Made by a program: the position numbers and the translations under genes
From: an uncultured Planctomycetia bacterium
GTDB taxonomy: Bacteria > Omnitrophota > Gorgyraeia > 1-14-0-20-64-10
Length of the DNA stretch: 54,475 nucleotides
NCBI GenBank assembly: GCA_964373805.1
Contig: CAYJWF010000009.1
Coordinates: forward strand, 1-54,475
Direction: 5' to 3'
The notes under the pieces: generated by a model
The model's database searches: none
Seen by the model: the letters and a program-made list of their open reading frames with translations, nothing else
What the model was told of the DNA's origin: nothing
Shown here: in pieces, positions 15,842 through 25,801 of the stretch
Layout: the number at the start of each line of letters is the position of its first letter
Numbering within the stretch: the first letter of the stretch is position 1

Positions 15842-18800
15842 TTAAGCGCTGACGTCGACGAACAGGGCTTGTCTTCGCTGTTCCAAACCGGCGGCGGCTT
15901 CCAACCGAACGAGCAGCCGACCCTGGTACATCTCGGCCCGCTCCAGAATTCCGGCCAAGTAAGATGAGAAAGCCGAAGGAGAAATCTCCTCTAATCCCAC
16001 GTTAGGGATGATGCTCAAGACAGCCACGCCGGCCTTTTCCGGAAGGCAGTCATACAATTCCTTCGCCGTATCCGAATTGGCGATGACTAAAACCAGCGGC
16101 TCCTCCAAGCCGGCAAGCCGGTTCGAGCCGGCAGGCCGGTCCAAGCCGGATTCGGCTCCTTCTTCTCGTGGAGTGGTCAATTGAATCCAGACAGCAGCGG
16201 TCAACGGCTGAGCGCCCCACAGACTTTTCAAGGCTTCCTCTAATCCAGCGGGCAACACACCCCCTTGATGGTAAACCTTGGTTCCAGGTGGAATTCTGGA
16301 AGCCGCTACCGATCCAAGCGGCACGCGTTGGAACCTAACCACCCTGGGGAACGGCTCCCGCACCTCGGTCGCGGTCCATCCGGTTTGAATCAACTGCCTC
16401 GCCTTCTCAGGATCGTGAACCACCTTGCGAACCACCGCATCTTCCGGATCGTTACCCTCTTGGAAAACCCCTTCGTCGGCACCGGGATATCGCACCACCA
16501 CCTTCTTCCCCCGATCCCCCTCTTCCAAGCCACCCGCAAAATAGGAAGATCCTTCAGGGAGCACTTGATCGAGCCATTGCTGAGCCTCCGGAATCTCCAG
16601 TTTTCTGGCGTCCCGTTCTAGATCCTTCCACATCGAATATTTAAGCTTCTTTTCCCAATGTGACGTTTCTTCCCACAATCCCTGAATCATTTCAAGGGTA
16701 ATCTTCTGCTGCTCCTGGGTCTTTGCTGTCCTTCGCATGCCCGTGACTGCCCATGCCCGAGTACCAGCCCACTCCCTCAAGCTTCTCGCTACCTTCTTAA
16801 AAAGCTCAAAAAGGACCGGCAACTCCTCCGATGAAGCATCCCCGATAACCCCCTCATTCGCCAGCCATCGAACGGTCTCCTCTCGCTGTCCTTCCCGGAG
16901 CTCATACCATTCCTCCTTATTCGAACACCAATCCATGAGCCAAGGAATCGGATTGATCTTTTGCTTCCACAGATTCCAAAGATAGTCGCTTACCTCTCCG
17001 GGATCTTTCCGCTGTGAAACCTCAGAATGGAATCCCGTTTCAGTCAGTGTCCCTTCCTCCAACCCGGTAGGAGATCTGGATTCTGTACGCGCAGCCACCT
17101 GAACACCCGCGATTCCCACTTCTCCTTTAGTATGAGAACGAGGACGTCCACCTTTTAAAACGGAAAGACCAACATTGGGACCCTTCCCAATTTGAACGCT
17201 GGTTACTCCTCGTTCCTGTAGGACTTGCGCCTTCTCCCACGCGGAACGAAGCAACGAATGTTCCTCTTGGGGTTCTTCGCTAAAAACAACTGTAAATAGA
17301 CTGTTGGTTTCAACAACGAGGGAATGTTTTCCGGAGGGATGTTCCCGTTTAGAAGACTGGGTAAAAGTCGAGACATCTGGATAACCACCCAAGAGTCTAC
17401 TGGCCGAGCTATAGGAAACCGAGATGGCCCCGTGGCCCAGGCCAGGACGATCTAAAAGAGCTTGAAGGAGATCGTTCACTATCTGCACCGGATCGTACGC
17501 TTGAGGTCGCCTGGGCCTCTTCGGGCCGGGTATTACCGGCTCGTGCGGTTCAGGTAGGGAGAGAGCGGCCCCAGGCGCTGACAGGCCGGTATCGGTAGGA
17601 TCGTTCCGCGACTTGAACATCTCTGGACGCCACAATTCGAGATGATCCAACATTCCTACCTCAAGAACCTTCTCTCCCTGCTTTACTCCGATCCAGTTTG
17701 TTAAATCAGGTTTCAACGTTATTTCCCTCTTCTTTGTCACCTGGACCTGAGTAAACTTTTCAAGGAAATCACGCAACTTATCGTCGACTTCCTTCGCAAT
17801 TCCTTGCGCAGTCAATCCGTCCTTGAACTGAGAGACCATCTTCTCGAAAACCGATCGGGGATAAACGCATAGATAGGGCCTCTCTCTGTAGGAACGTTTT
17901 TCCACATAAACCAGCACCTTTGGAGGAAACGCTTCCTTCCAAGACCGCCCCGGACTGAGGATCTGCAGCCGTCTATGTGATAATTCCAGTGTTGCCGTGC
18001 CATTGCCTTGCAAGAAAATCAAGGGTTTCTGTTTCCTCTCATCGACCGTGGTGGTCCCTTTGGAAGATCCCTCCGGCTCCTCCAACCCTGTCCTGAGCGA
18101 ATCTGCTGAAGGACCGGTGGTGGGGCCTTTTGGTGGCTCGGCCAAGGTGGGTTGAGCGGCATCCTGCCTCCGGAGGCGATGGCGCATTCCCTCGATAGAG
18201 AGACCGAGAATGAAGGCAACCGGAACCACCCACCATGGAACATCCCCCTCATTCGGCTGCACGACTGGCACAAGGGCTGGCTCCTTTGGCTGGGATGAGA
18301 CCAACGCCTCCAGGAGATTTGTGATCCGCTCTGGGTGAGCAGGATCAGCCAGTTGGTACAACTGCCCCATCACCTGATCTGTTAACTCCACTCGGCGATC
18401 GGTTGGACGGATCTCGATTCCGTAGAGACTCTTTGTATCTTTACCCAGAATGGCATCCCGGACAATGGCATCCACAACCGATTGAAGGAACTGCTCTTCG
18501 GCTTTAGAAAAAGACTTTCGGCTCTGGTAATATTTCACAAGCTCATTGACCTCTTGAGAAAGTGGGGTGATATAAAACAGCGCCGTAAAAAGACGCCTTG
18601 AAGCAGCCCCACCCAAGAGTTCATTTAACCGAGCCCGATACTCCAACGCGGAGACAGCAGATGGGTCACCTGAGGCATATCTGAAATACAAGGAATTCTC
18701 CAAGGATGGATCATCCGGATCCGGCGCATCGGCCAGCAGCTGCGCGAAGAATAAACGATAATAAGTCTCTATCTCTACCTTCTTCTCTTCCTGGCTCTGG

Positions 18801-19990
18801 CCTTGTCTGGAAAGCTGCTCAAGGAGCTTGATCAATGAGAATGTTTTTGCAGTTAAGGCAGAGTCGAAAAGATGTCCTAAAGCGGTCTCTTGCATCTGGA
18901 GATACTTCCAAAAATCCATCTCCTCAAGGGGAGGGGCTAACTCACTTACCTTCAGCACCTTCATCATCTCCTGCTCGATCCGGAGATCCTCATCAGCAAA
19001 TCGATCGCCAAAAAAGAAACTCCCCCTCTTGGCGAAATGCTCAGAGGAAAGTTCTCCTCTATCCATGAAAGGCTTGATACGAACCTGTTGGAAGGATCGC
19101 CTCCCCCCTTGAAGAACGGGGACATAGATCGGATCAACAGAGACAACACGGAAAAGGGATGGGAGGGGATAGCCGACCAGAAAAGTGGCAGGACCTCCTG
19201 GTTGAGACGGCCCTAGAGTAACAACCCCCACATGGGTAGGAAGGCTCATCCATCCGCCACTGTGTTCAGCCAAATAATCCTCCAATCGGAAGAGGAGCTC
19301 ATCCATCGATTCCTGCGGAGATTCCTCAGAATAGACAAGCCGATCCTTGCCATGTAGATCCATGAGATCCTGGAGCCTCTCAAAGAAATCCCGATGAACT
19401 TTTCGGATCCTCTCGGCCCGCTGCGGATCCTGATCCAGTCGACCCGGCTCTCCCAGGAGGGTCGCCCACTCCTCCTCAAACTTCTTCCAGCGCGTGATGA
19501 TTGGATCAGGTATGGTGTCGTTGACCACCAGATAGTGAGGAGGTGGACGAAGAGAAGTTTGAATCACCTTTTTTGACATGGTTCTGCCCACTTCTTGGAA
19601 GAGGTCGACCTCTCGTGGCGAGCGGGGCGATGGTTGAGTGAGTGGTGGAGGTGCTTGGGCTCCTAATCCAATGACACCGGCGGCGCCGGCACTGACGGCC
19701 AAAGCGGTCACTCTTCTCGCCGAATTGGTCAGGAAATCTCGACGAGTCTGGGTCGGTTCACGGCGGTGAGGTAATCTGTCCTTAGAAGCGAGCGCTTCCT
19801 CGAGGCCGGCCTCGACCTTCTCCTCGATGGGTGGGCGCAGGACGTCCGCAGAGGGATCCGGGTGGGCGGCCAATGGGGGCAGACCCCAGGCCAGTTGGGC
19901 GGCGATGAGCCAGAGGGCAATGGTTTGGCGTCCTTTAGCCAAAGCCATGAGAGGGACCGCCACGAGTTTAGACGGAGATTGGTTTTTCAT
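15842..19990 (-). CDS. Large modular hypothetical protein with repeated GLEE motifs; contains an MraZ-like domain
   Basis: 1382-aa ORF with hydrophobic leader; x-G-L-E-[E/Q] at aa 61, 634, 975, 1153, 1248, 1293, 1331, 1367; upstream TTGATT-17-TATACT promoter. Confidence 0.85.
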   Translation of the reverse strand: MKNQSPSKLVAVPLMALAKGRQTIALWLIAAQLAWGLPPLAAHPDPSADVLRPPIEEKVEAGLEEALASKDRLPHRREPTQTRRDFLTNSARRVTALAVSAGAAGVIGLGAQAPPPLTQPSPRSPREVDLFQEVGRTMSKKVIQTSLRPPPHYLVVNDTIPDPIITRWKKFEEEWATLLGEPGRLDQDPQRAERIRKVHRDFFERLQDLMDLHGKDRLVYSEESPQESMDELLFRLEDYLAEHSGGWMSLPTHVGVVTLGPSQPGGPATFLVGYPLPSLFRVVSVDPIYVPVLQGGRRSFQQVRIKPFMDRGELSSEHFAKRGSFFFGDRFADEDLRIEQEMMKVLKVSELAPPLEEMDFWKYLQMQETALGHLFDSALTAKTFSLIKLLEQLSRQGQSQEEKKVEIETYYRLFFAQLLADAPDPDDPSLENSLYFRYASGDPSAVSALEYRARLNELLGGAASRRLFTALFYITPLSQEVNELVKYYQSRKSFSKAEEQFLQSVVDAIVRDAILGKDTKSLYGIEIRPTDRRVELTDQVMGQLYQLADPAHPERITNLLEALVSSQPKEPALVPVVQPNEGDVPWWVVPVAFILGLSIEGMRHRLRRQDAAQPTLAEPPKGPTTGPSADSLRTGLEEPEGSSKGTTTVDERKQKPLIFLQGNGTATLELSHRRLQILSPGRSWKEAFPPKVLVYVEKRSYRERPYLCVYPRSVFEKMVSQFKDGLTAQGIAKEVDDKLRDFLEKFTQVQVTKKREITLKPDLTNWIGVKQGEKVLEVGMLDHLELWRPEMFKSRNDPTDTGLSAPGAALSLPEPHEPVIPGPKRPRRPQAYDPVQIVNDLLQALLDRPGLGHGAISVSYSSASRLLGGYPDVSTFTQSSKREHPSGKHSLVVETNSLFTVVFSEEPQEEHSLLRSAWEKAQVLQERGVTSVQIGKGPNVGLSVLKGGRPRSHTKGEVGIAGVQVAARTESRSPTGLEEGTLTETGFHSEVSQRKDPGEVSDYLWNLWKQKINPIPWLMDWCSNKEEWYELREGQREETVRWLANEGVIGDASSEELPVLFELFKKVARSLREWAGTRAWAVTGMRRTAKTQEQQKITLEMIQGLWEETSHWEKKLKYSMWKDLERDARKLEIPEAQQWLDQVLPEGSSYFAGGLEEGDRGKKVVVRYPGADEGVFQEGNDPEDAVVRKVVHDPEKARQLIQTGWTATEVREPFPRVVRFQRVPLGSVAASRIPPGTKVYHQGGVLPAGLEEALKSLWGAQPLTAAVWIQLTTPREEGAESGLDRPAGSNRLAGLEEPLVLVIANSDTAKELYDCLPEKAGVAVLSIIPNVGLEEISPSAFSSYLAGILERAEMYQGRLLVRLEAAAGLEQRRQALFVDVSA

Positions 19991-20014
19991 CGGATTTTAT
20001 CGGTAGATACGATC

Positions 20015-20043
20015 AGTATAGCCGATAGGGCGAAAAAAATCAA
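20015..20043 (-). promoter_or_regulatory. Putative sigma70 promoter of the 1382-aa gene
   Basis: TTGATT (20038-20043)-17 bp-TATACT (20015-20020). Confidence 0.6.
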
Positions 20044-20045
20044 GT

Positions 20046-20219
20046 AAAATATAACCTTGCGTTACTTTAACTCACATCCCGAGGACGGTAAGAGTTTGGC
20101 TCTCCGAGACAGCGAGAAAGGCCGTTCGTGGTGAGCCCTTCGACCAAGCTCAGCACGGACGGTTTTGCATGACTCGTATTAAAATATAGCCTTGCGTTAC
20201 TTTAACTACATCCCCAGGA
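20046..20219. repeat. About 40-bp imperfect direct repeat (fabI 3' end) flanking a REP-like unit
   Basis: AAAATATAACCTTGCGTTACTTTAACTCACATCCCGAGGA (20046-20085) vs AAAATATAGCCTTGCGTTACTTTAACTACATCCCCAGGA (20181-20219). Confidence 0.85.
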
Positions 20220-20973
20220 TGTGGTAGCCACAGTCGACGTGGAGGATCTCTCCGGTCACCCCGGAGGAGTAGGGGGAAAGGAGGAAAACAGCAGCGTTGG
20301 CCACTTCGGCGATGTCGACGTTCCGGCGAAGGGGCGCCTTGGATTCCACAATCTTCATCATGTCGGTAAAGCCGGAGATCCCGCGGGCCGCCAGGGTCTG
20401 CACCGGGCCGGAGGAGAGGCCATTCACCCGGACCTTCTTGGGCCCCAGATCAAAGGCTAGGTACCGGATGGACGCCTCCAGGGCGGCCTTGGCTACCCCC
20501 ATCACGTTGTATCGGGGGATCACCTTCTCTGCCCCGTAATAGGTCATCGCCACGATGCTGCCTCCGTTGGTCATCAAGGGAACCGCCCGTTGGGCCAAGG
20601 CGGTCAAGCTGTAGCTGGAGACATCCAGGGCCAGCTTAAAGCCGTCTCGGGAGGTGATCAGGAACTCCCCTTCCAGTTCCTCCCGTTTGGCAAAGGCGAC
20701 CGCATGGACGAGAAAATCCAAGGTCCCAAAGGACTCCTTCACCCCTTGGAAGGCGGCGTCGATTTGGGCGTCGTTCGTGACATCGCAGTCGAAAAGTGGG
20801 GAATCCCCTCCGAGGGAATGGGCCAGTTCCTCCACCGAGGTTTTCAGCCGCTCCCCCTGATAGGTGAAGGCGAGCCCGGCCCCCTCCCGATGGGCGGCCT
20901 GGGCGATGGCCCAAGCGATCGACCGCTTGTTGGCGACTCCAACAATGAGACCTTTTTTACCCTGAAGCAGCAT
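20206..20973 (-). CDS. fabI: Enoyl-ACP reductase
   Basis: [37 protein letters not shown]. Confidence 0.96.
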   Translation of the reverse strand: MLLQGKKGLIVGVANKRSIAWAIAQAAHREGAGLAFTYQGERLKTSVEELAHSLGGDSPLFDCDVTNDAQIDAAFQGVKESFGTLDFLVHAVAFAKREELEGEFLITSRDGFKLALDVSSYSLTALAQRAVPLMTNGGSIVAMTYYGAEKVIPRYNVMGVAKAALEASIRYLAFDLGPKKVRVNGLSSGPVQTLAARGISGFTDMMKIVESKAPLRRNVDIAEVANAAVFLLSPYSSGVTGEILHVDCGYHILGM

Positions 20974-20977
20974 CTGC

Positions 20978-21058
20978 CTAGCGTTTAGCGGATAGCGGAT
21001 AGTTTCCCTATACCCTATACGCTCTACGCTATACGCTATCCCTTTTATACGCTATCCC
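20978..21058. repeat. Inverted heptamer array (TAGCGKW / CTATACG type), intergenic fabF-fabI
   Basis: TAGCGTT TAGCGGA TAGCGGA TAG followed by CTATACC CTATACG CTCTACG CTATACG CTATCCC. Confidence 0.85.
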
Positions 21059-21060
21059 TT

Positions 21061-22308
21061 TCATCCCTCAAACTTCCTGACGATGAGCGTCACGTTGTGG
21101 CCGCCGAAGCCCAGGGAGTTGCTCAACACCACATTCAGTTTTGCCTTGCGGGCCTCGTTGGGAACATAATCCAGGTCGCACTCCGGATCCGGATGTTTAT
21201 AGTTGATGGTCGGAGGAATCAGCTCGTCCCGGATCGCCAGGCAAGAGGCGACAAACTCAATCGCCCCGGCCGCCCCCAACAGATGGCCGGTCATCGATTT
21301 GGTGGAGCTGACCGGGACCTTCTTGGCGTACTCCCCAAAGACCTGTTTGATCGCCTTGGTCTCTATCTTGTCGTTGAGCTGGGTGGAGGTTCCGTGCGCG
21401 TTAATATAGGAAACATCCTGAGGTTTGATCCCAGCGTCTTCCAAGGCGAACTTCATGGAGGCGGCCGCTCCGTCTCCCCCCGGATCGGGAGCCGTCACGT
21501 GGTAGGCATCTGCGCTCATCCCGTAGCCGATCATCTCGGCGTAGATCTTGGCCCCACGCTTTAACGCGTGCTCCAATTCCTCCAATACCAGCATGGCACC
21601 CCCCTCCCCAATCACAAAGCCGTCCCTGGTTTTGTCGAATGGACGACTGGCCGTTTCCGGTTCGTCGTTTCGGGTGGAGAGGGCCTTGAGCGCGCAGAAC
21701 CCGGCGACCCCCAAAGGGGTGGTGGCGAACTCCGAACCTCCAGCCACCATCAGGTCGGCTTGACCCCGCTCAATGATCTCACAGGCATCTCCAATGGCAT
21801 GAGCGGAAGAGGCGCAGGCACTCACCGTGCAGGAGTTGGGTCCCTTCACCCCCAGGCTGATCGAAACTTGACCCGGCGCCATGTTGCAGATGATCATCGG
21901 GATAAAGAAGGGACGCACCCTGGCCGGGCCCCTCTTCTCTAAGTCCCGATACCCCTCCTCAATGGTGCCCAAGCCCCCCATCCCGGTCCCGATCCAGACC
22001 CCGATCCGGTGGGGATCTTCCTTGAGGATATCCAGCCGGGCGTCGGCCACCGCCTGCTTGGCCGTGGCCACGGCGAACTGGACAAACCGATCGGAGTGTT
22101 TGAGTTCCTTGGGAGCTAAGTAAAGGGAGGGATCGAAACCTTTAACTTCGGCGGCAATCTTGGTGGGATAATCGGTGACGTCAAAATGGGTGAGTTTGGA
22201 GACTCCGCCCTTGCCCTGAACTAAAGAGGCCCACGCCTCGGAAGGAGTATTCCCAACGGGTGAGACGACGCCCAACCCGGTGACAACAACCCGGCGGACT
22301 TTCGCCAC
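21061..22308 (-). CDS. fabF: Beta-ketoacyl-ACP synthase II
   Basis: RRVVVTGLG, SACASSAHAIG, INAHGTST, SMTGHLLGAAG, SNSLGFGGHN. Confidence 0.97.
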   Translation of the reverse strand: MAKVRRVVVTGLGVVSPVGNTPSEAWASLVQGKGGVSKLTHFDVTDYPTKIAAEVKGFDPSLYLAPKELKHSDRFVQFAVATAKQAVADARLDILKEDPHRIGVWIGTGMGGLGTIEEGYRDLEKRGPARVRPFFIPMIICNMAPGQVSISLGVKGPNSCTVSACASSAHAIGDACEIIERGQADLMVAGGSEFATTPLGVAGFCALKALSTRNDEPETASRPFDKTRDGFVIGEGGAMLVLEELEHALKRGAKIYAEMIGYGMSADAYHVTAPDPGGDGAAASMKFALEDAGIKPQDVSYINAHGTSTQLNDKIETKAIKQVFGEYAKKVPVSSTKSMTGHLLGAAGAIEFVASCLAIRDELIPPTINYKHPDPECDLDYVPNEARKAKLNVVLSNSLGFGGHNVTLIVRKFEG

Positions 22309-22317
22309 GATGCGGGG

Positions 22318-22563
22318 TCACGAGGCCTTTTGGCCCGCCTTCTCCTCAATGTACTTGATCGCATCGCCCACCGTGACCAGTTTCTCCGCCTCCTCGTCCG
22401 GGATCTCGACCCCAAACTCCTCTTCCAGGGCCATGACCAGTTCCACCGTATCGAGTGAATCGGCCCCTAGGTCGTCAATGAACGAGGCTTGTGGCGTGAC
22501 CTCTTCAGGCTTGACGCCCAACTGCTCTGCAATGATAGAACGCACCTTTTCCTGTAACGGCAT
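22318..22563 (-). CDS. acpP: Acyl carrier protein
   Basis: [28 protein letters not shown] Shine-Dalgarno. Confidence 0.98.
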   Translation of the reverse strand: MPLQEKVRSIIAEQLGVKPEEVTPQASFIDDLGADSLDTVELVMALEEEFGVEIPDEEAEKLVTVGDAIKYIEEKAGQKAS

Positions 22564-22652
22564 AGTCTCCTCCTTTAATAGGTACCACGTACCTTCTGCT
22601 TCCTGTTTTGCTTCGAAGAGGGTACCTGGTACCTAATACTATAATCTTTGCC

Positions 22653-22680
22653 AGTATAACGATCCGACCCGGTTTGTCAA
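22653..22680 (-). promoter_or_regulatory. Putative sigma70 promoter for acpP-fabF
   Basis: TTGACA (22675-22680)-16 bp-TATACT (22653-22658). Confidence 0.65.
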
Positions 22681-22687
22681 GGCCTTG

Positions 22688-23611
22688 TCAAGGCCCGATG
22701 AACCTCTCGGCAGCCTCCCGAACATCCTCCGCCGTACCCACGGAGAAAACCTCGGCTTCCGGATCGATCCGCCGAAGCAGCCCTTTTAAGACCGTCCCGG
22801 CCCCGACTTCCAGGAAGATTCGGATCCCGGCGTTGAGGAGCTTCCGCATGCCCGCCTCCCATCGAACCGGATGGGTGAGCTGCTGAACGAGCAGCGCTTT
22901 GATCTCTGCCGGAGAGCCGTGGTAAGAACCGGTTACGTTGCTGACCACCGGGAATTGAGGGGATTGAACCACCACCTTTTCCAAGGCGGCTTGGAGTTGA
23001 CGGCCCGCCGGCTCCATCAACCGGGAGTGAAAGGCCCCGCCCACCTCCAAAGCCACCACCCGCTTGGCTCCCTGGGCCTTGGCCTTTTCCGAAGCGGCCT
23101 TGACCGCCTCCAAAGGGCCGGAGATGACCAACTGGCCCGGGCTGTTCACGTTAGCGACTTGAGCGCCAGCCTCGGCGCAGACCGCCTCGAGGGCTTCCAG
23201 CTCTAATCCCAACACACTGGCCATGGTCCCTGGAGCCGCTTTGGAAGCCTCTTCCATGGCCTGGCCTCTCAAGCGAACCAGCCGCAATCCCTCTTCAAAC
23301 GAGATCGCCCCAGCCGCGGCCAAGGCGGTGTACTCTCCGAGGCTCAAACCGGCCGCCGCCGTAGGATGAATTGCAGATTGCAAGGCGGCGAGGGTGGCCA
23401 TCGAGGTTACGTAGAGGGCCGGTTGACAGATCTCGGTGCGGGTGAGCGTCTCCAGAGGACCTTCCCAGCAGAAGCGCGAGAGGGAAAAATCAAGCAGGGA
23501 ATCGGCCTGTTGGAATCGGGCCATCGCCTCGGGATACTGTTGCGCCACCTCCCGGCCCATCCCAACGAACTGGGCCCCCTGCCCCGGAAACAGGAGGGCG
23601 AGCCTCACCAC
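22688..23611 (-). CDS. fabD: Malonyl-CoA:ACP transacylase
   Basis: LFPGQGAQ, GLSLGEY, GAFHS. Confidence 0.96.
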   Translation of the reverse strand: MVRLALLFPGQGAQFVGMGREVAQQYPEAMARFQQADSLLDFSLSRFCWEGPLETLTRTEICQPALYVTSMATLAALQSAIHPTAAAGLSLGEYTALAAAGAISFEEGLRLVRLRGQAMEEASKAAPGTMASVLGLELEALEAVCAEAGAQVANVNSPGQLVISGPLEAVKAASEKAKAQGAKRVVALEVGGAFHSRLMEPAGRQLQAALEKVVVQSPQFPVVSNVTGSYHGSPAEIKALLVQQLTHPVRWEAGMRKLLNAGIRIFLEVGAGTVLKGLLRRIDPEAEVFSVGTAEDVREAAERFIGP

Positions 23612-24585
23612 TGAATAACGCAGGAGCCCCAGGTCAACCCCGCCCCGAAGGCGACCAGGAGGGCGTAGTCCCCTGACTTCACCCGTCCGTCCCTCACCGC
23701 CTCGCAGAAGGCGACGATGGTGGAGGCGGCCGACATGTTGCCGTACCGCTCGACGTTCAGGTACACCTTCTCGAGAGGGATCCCGGCCCTCTCCACGACC
23801 GCCTGAATGATCCGGATGTTGGCCTGGTGAGGAATCACACAGGCGATCTTTTCCGGAGCGATCCCGGCCTTCTCGATCGCCTTCAAACAGGCGTCCGACA
23901 TCGCCCGGACGGCATGCTTGAACACCTCGGTTCCGTTCATCTTCAAGAAATGATCTCTGGAGTCAACCGATTCGTGGGAAGCGGGTCGAGCCACCCCTCC
24001 TCCAGGAACCTTTAAAAGATCCGCCTTGGAGCCGTCCGATCCTAAATAGGTTGAGAGGATTCGCCCCTGGGAAGTGGAGCCCACGATCGCCGCCCCGGCG
24101 CCATCCCCAAAAAGGACACAGGTCGACCGATCGGTCCAGTCGATCACCCGAGACAGCACCTCGGCCCCGATCACCAAAACGTGAGCATAGGTCCCGCTGG
24201 CCACGAACTGCTGCGCCATGACCAGCCCATACACAAAACCGGAACAGGCCGCGGCCACATCCACCGCCGCCGCTTGAGGAGCTCCCAGTTTGTCCTGAAC
24301 GATGCAGGAGGTGGCCGGGCACGGCATGTCCGGGGTCATGGTCGCCAGGAGGATGAGCCCCAAATCGGTGGCTTCAAGTTTCGCGTCGGTGAGAGCGGCC
24401 TGAGCGGCCTTCACCGCCAAATCGCTCGTGTTCTCTCCCACCGCGGCGATTCGCCGTTCAGAGATCCCTGTCCGAGTGAGGATCCACTCATCGGTAGTCT
24501 CCACCATCTTTTCCAAATCGGAGTTGGTGAGCCTCTTCTCGGGAAGGTAGTACCCTAACCCTAGAATACCCACCAGTGGGTTCAT
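23605..24585 (-). CDS. fabH: Beta-ketoacyl-ACP synthase III
   Basis: AACSGF, FGDGAGA, PHQANIRII, YGNMSAAS, FGAGLTWG. Confidence 0.97.
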   Translation of the reverse strand: MNPLVGILGLGYYLPEKRLTNSDLEKMVETTDEWILTRTGISERRIAAVGENTSDLAVKAAQAALTDAKLEATDLGLILLATMTPDMPCPATSCIVQDKLGAPQAAAVDVAAACSGFVYGLVMAQQFVASGTYAHVLVIGAEVLSRVIDWTDRSTCVLFGDGAGAAIVGSTSQGRILSTYLGSDGSKADLLKVPGGGVARPASHESVDSRDHFLKMNGTEVFKHAVRAMSDACLKAIEKAGIAPEKIACVIPHQANIRIIQAVVERAGIPLEKVYLNVERYGNMSAASTIVAFCEAVRDGRVKSGDYALLVAFGAGLTWGSCVIQW

Positions 24586-25599
24586 TTAAGGAGGAGGGAT
24601 CCTCTGGGCATCCTGGGCGGCCGCGGCCACGATGAACCGATTGACGTCGTGGGAGACAAACGAGGCGGCGGCCCGAATCGCGTTACGAATCGCCTTGGGC
24701 GACGAGGCGCCGTGACAGATAAAACAGGCGCCTCCCACGCCCAGAAGCGGGGCCCCTCCATACTCGGCATAATCCATCCGGCGGCGCAACCCTAAGAAAG
24801 CCGGCAACAACAGCATCGCCCCAAACCGGTTCCACAGGGTGCGCTTCAACTCCCGCCTCAACAACTCGGCCAAGGCCAGGGCCATGCTCTCGGAAACCTT
24901 GAGGGCGACGTTGCCCACAAAGCCGTCGCAGACGATCACGTCGCACCGGCCGGTGTAGATGTCGCGGCCCTCCACGTTGCCGATGAAGTTTAAGGGGGCC
25001 TCCTCCAGAAGTTTAAAGGTCTGCCGGATGAACTCCGTTCCTTTCTCCTCCTCTTCTCCCACGTTGAGAAGACCGACCGTTGGATTCGACTTCCCCACCA
25101 CCTGGCGCATGTAGACCGAACCCATGAGCCCATACTGGTATAGGTGCTCCGGTTTCGGATCGATGTTGGCCCCCACGTCGATCACCATGGTGGGTCCCCC
25201 CAGCGTGGGGATAACGACCGCGATCCCCGGCCGCTCGATTCCCTTGAGCAGTTTTAATCCTAACGAAGCGGCGCAGACCATGGCGCCGGTGTTTCCGGCG
25301 CTGACCACGGCATCGACCTCATTTTCTTTGGCCAGCTCCACCATCTGACAGATGGAGGAATCCCGTTTCTTCCGGACGCTTAAGGCCGGCGATTCCGCCA
25401 TCTCGATCACCTCCGAGGCGTGGTGAACTTTAAGATTGGGCGGTACAGGCTTAAACCGACGCAGCTCCTTTTGAAGACGATCCTCCTGGCCCACCAGGGT
25501 AATCTCGAGGCCTAAGGTTCGAGCCGCCTGAACGGCCCCAGCCACCACCGCGCCCGGTGCCCGGTCTCCCCCCATTCCATCGATGGCGATGCGGGTCAA
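24586..25599 (-). CDS. plsX: Phosphate acyltransferase PlsX
   Basis: IAIDGMGGDRAP, SAGNTGA, DVGAN, VCDGFVGNVALK. Confidence 0.97.
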   Translation of the reverse strand: MTRIAIDGMGGDRAPGAVVAGAVQAARTLGLEITLVGQEDRLQKELRRFKPVPPNLKVHHASEVIEMAESPALSVRKKRDSSICQMVELAKENEVDAVVSAGNTGAMVCAASLGLKLLKGIERPGIAVVIPTLGGPTMVIDVGANIDPKPEHLYQYGLMGSVYMRQVVGKSNPTVGLLNVGEEEEKGTEFIRQTFKLLEEAPLNFIGNVEGRDIYTGRCDVIVCDGFVGNVALKVSESMALALAELLRRELKRTLWNRFGAMLLLPAFLGLRRRMDYAEYGGAPLLGVGGACFICHGASSPKAIRNAIRAAASFVSHDVNRFIVAAAAQDAQRIPPP

Positions 25600-25606
25600 A
25601 AGAGAT

Positions 25607-25801
25607 CTACGCTTTCTTTTCCTTGGTTTTCACGGGATAAACAGCTCGGCCCCGATAATAGCCACAGGAGGGACAGATCCGATGCGTTAGAACCGCCGCC
25701 CCGCAGTGTCCGCATCGGGTCAAGGTGGGAGCCGTCAGGTTATGCTGAAGGCGCCGTTTATCTCGTCGAGCGCGTGAAAAGCGACGCTTAGGAAGAGCCA
25801 T
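25607..25801 (-). CDS. rpmF: 50S ribosomal protein L32
   Basis: MALPKRRFSRARRDKRR, CxxC..HRICPSCGYY. Confidence 0.96.
   Translation of the reverse strand: MALPKRRFSRARRDKRRLQHNLTAPTLTRCGHCGAAVLTHRICPSCGYYRGRAVYPVKTKEKKA

Noticed and set aside
15878..19810. GLEE motifs as DNA-level recombination sites (integron- or shufflon-like)
   Set aside because: Synonymous positions vary freely, there is no palindromic or extended nucleotide identity and no recombinase nearby; microhomology use cannot be fully excluded.
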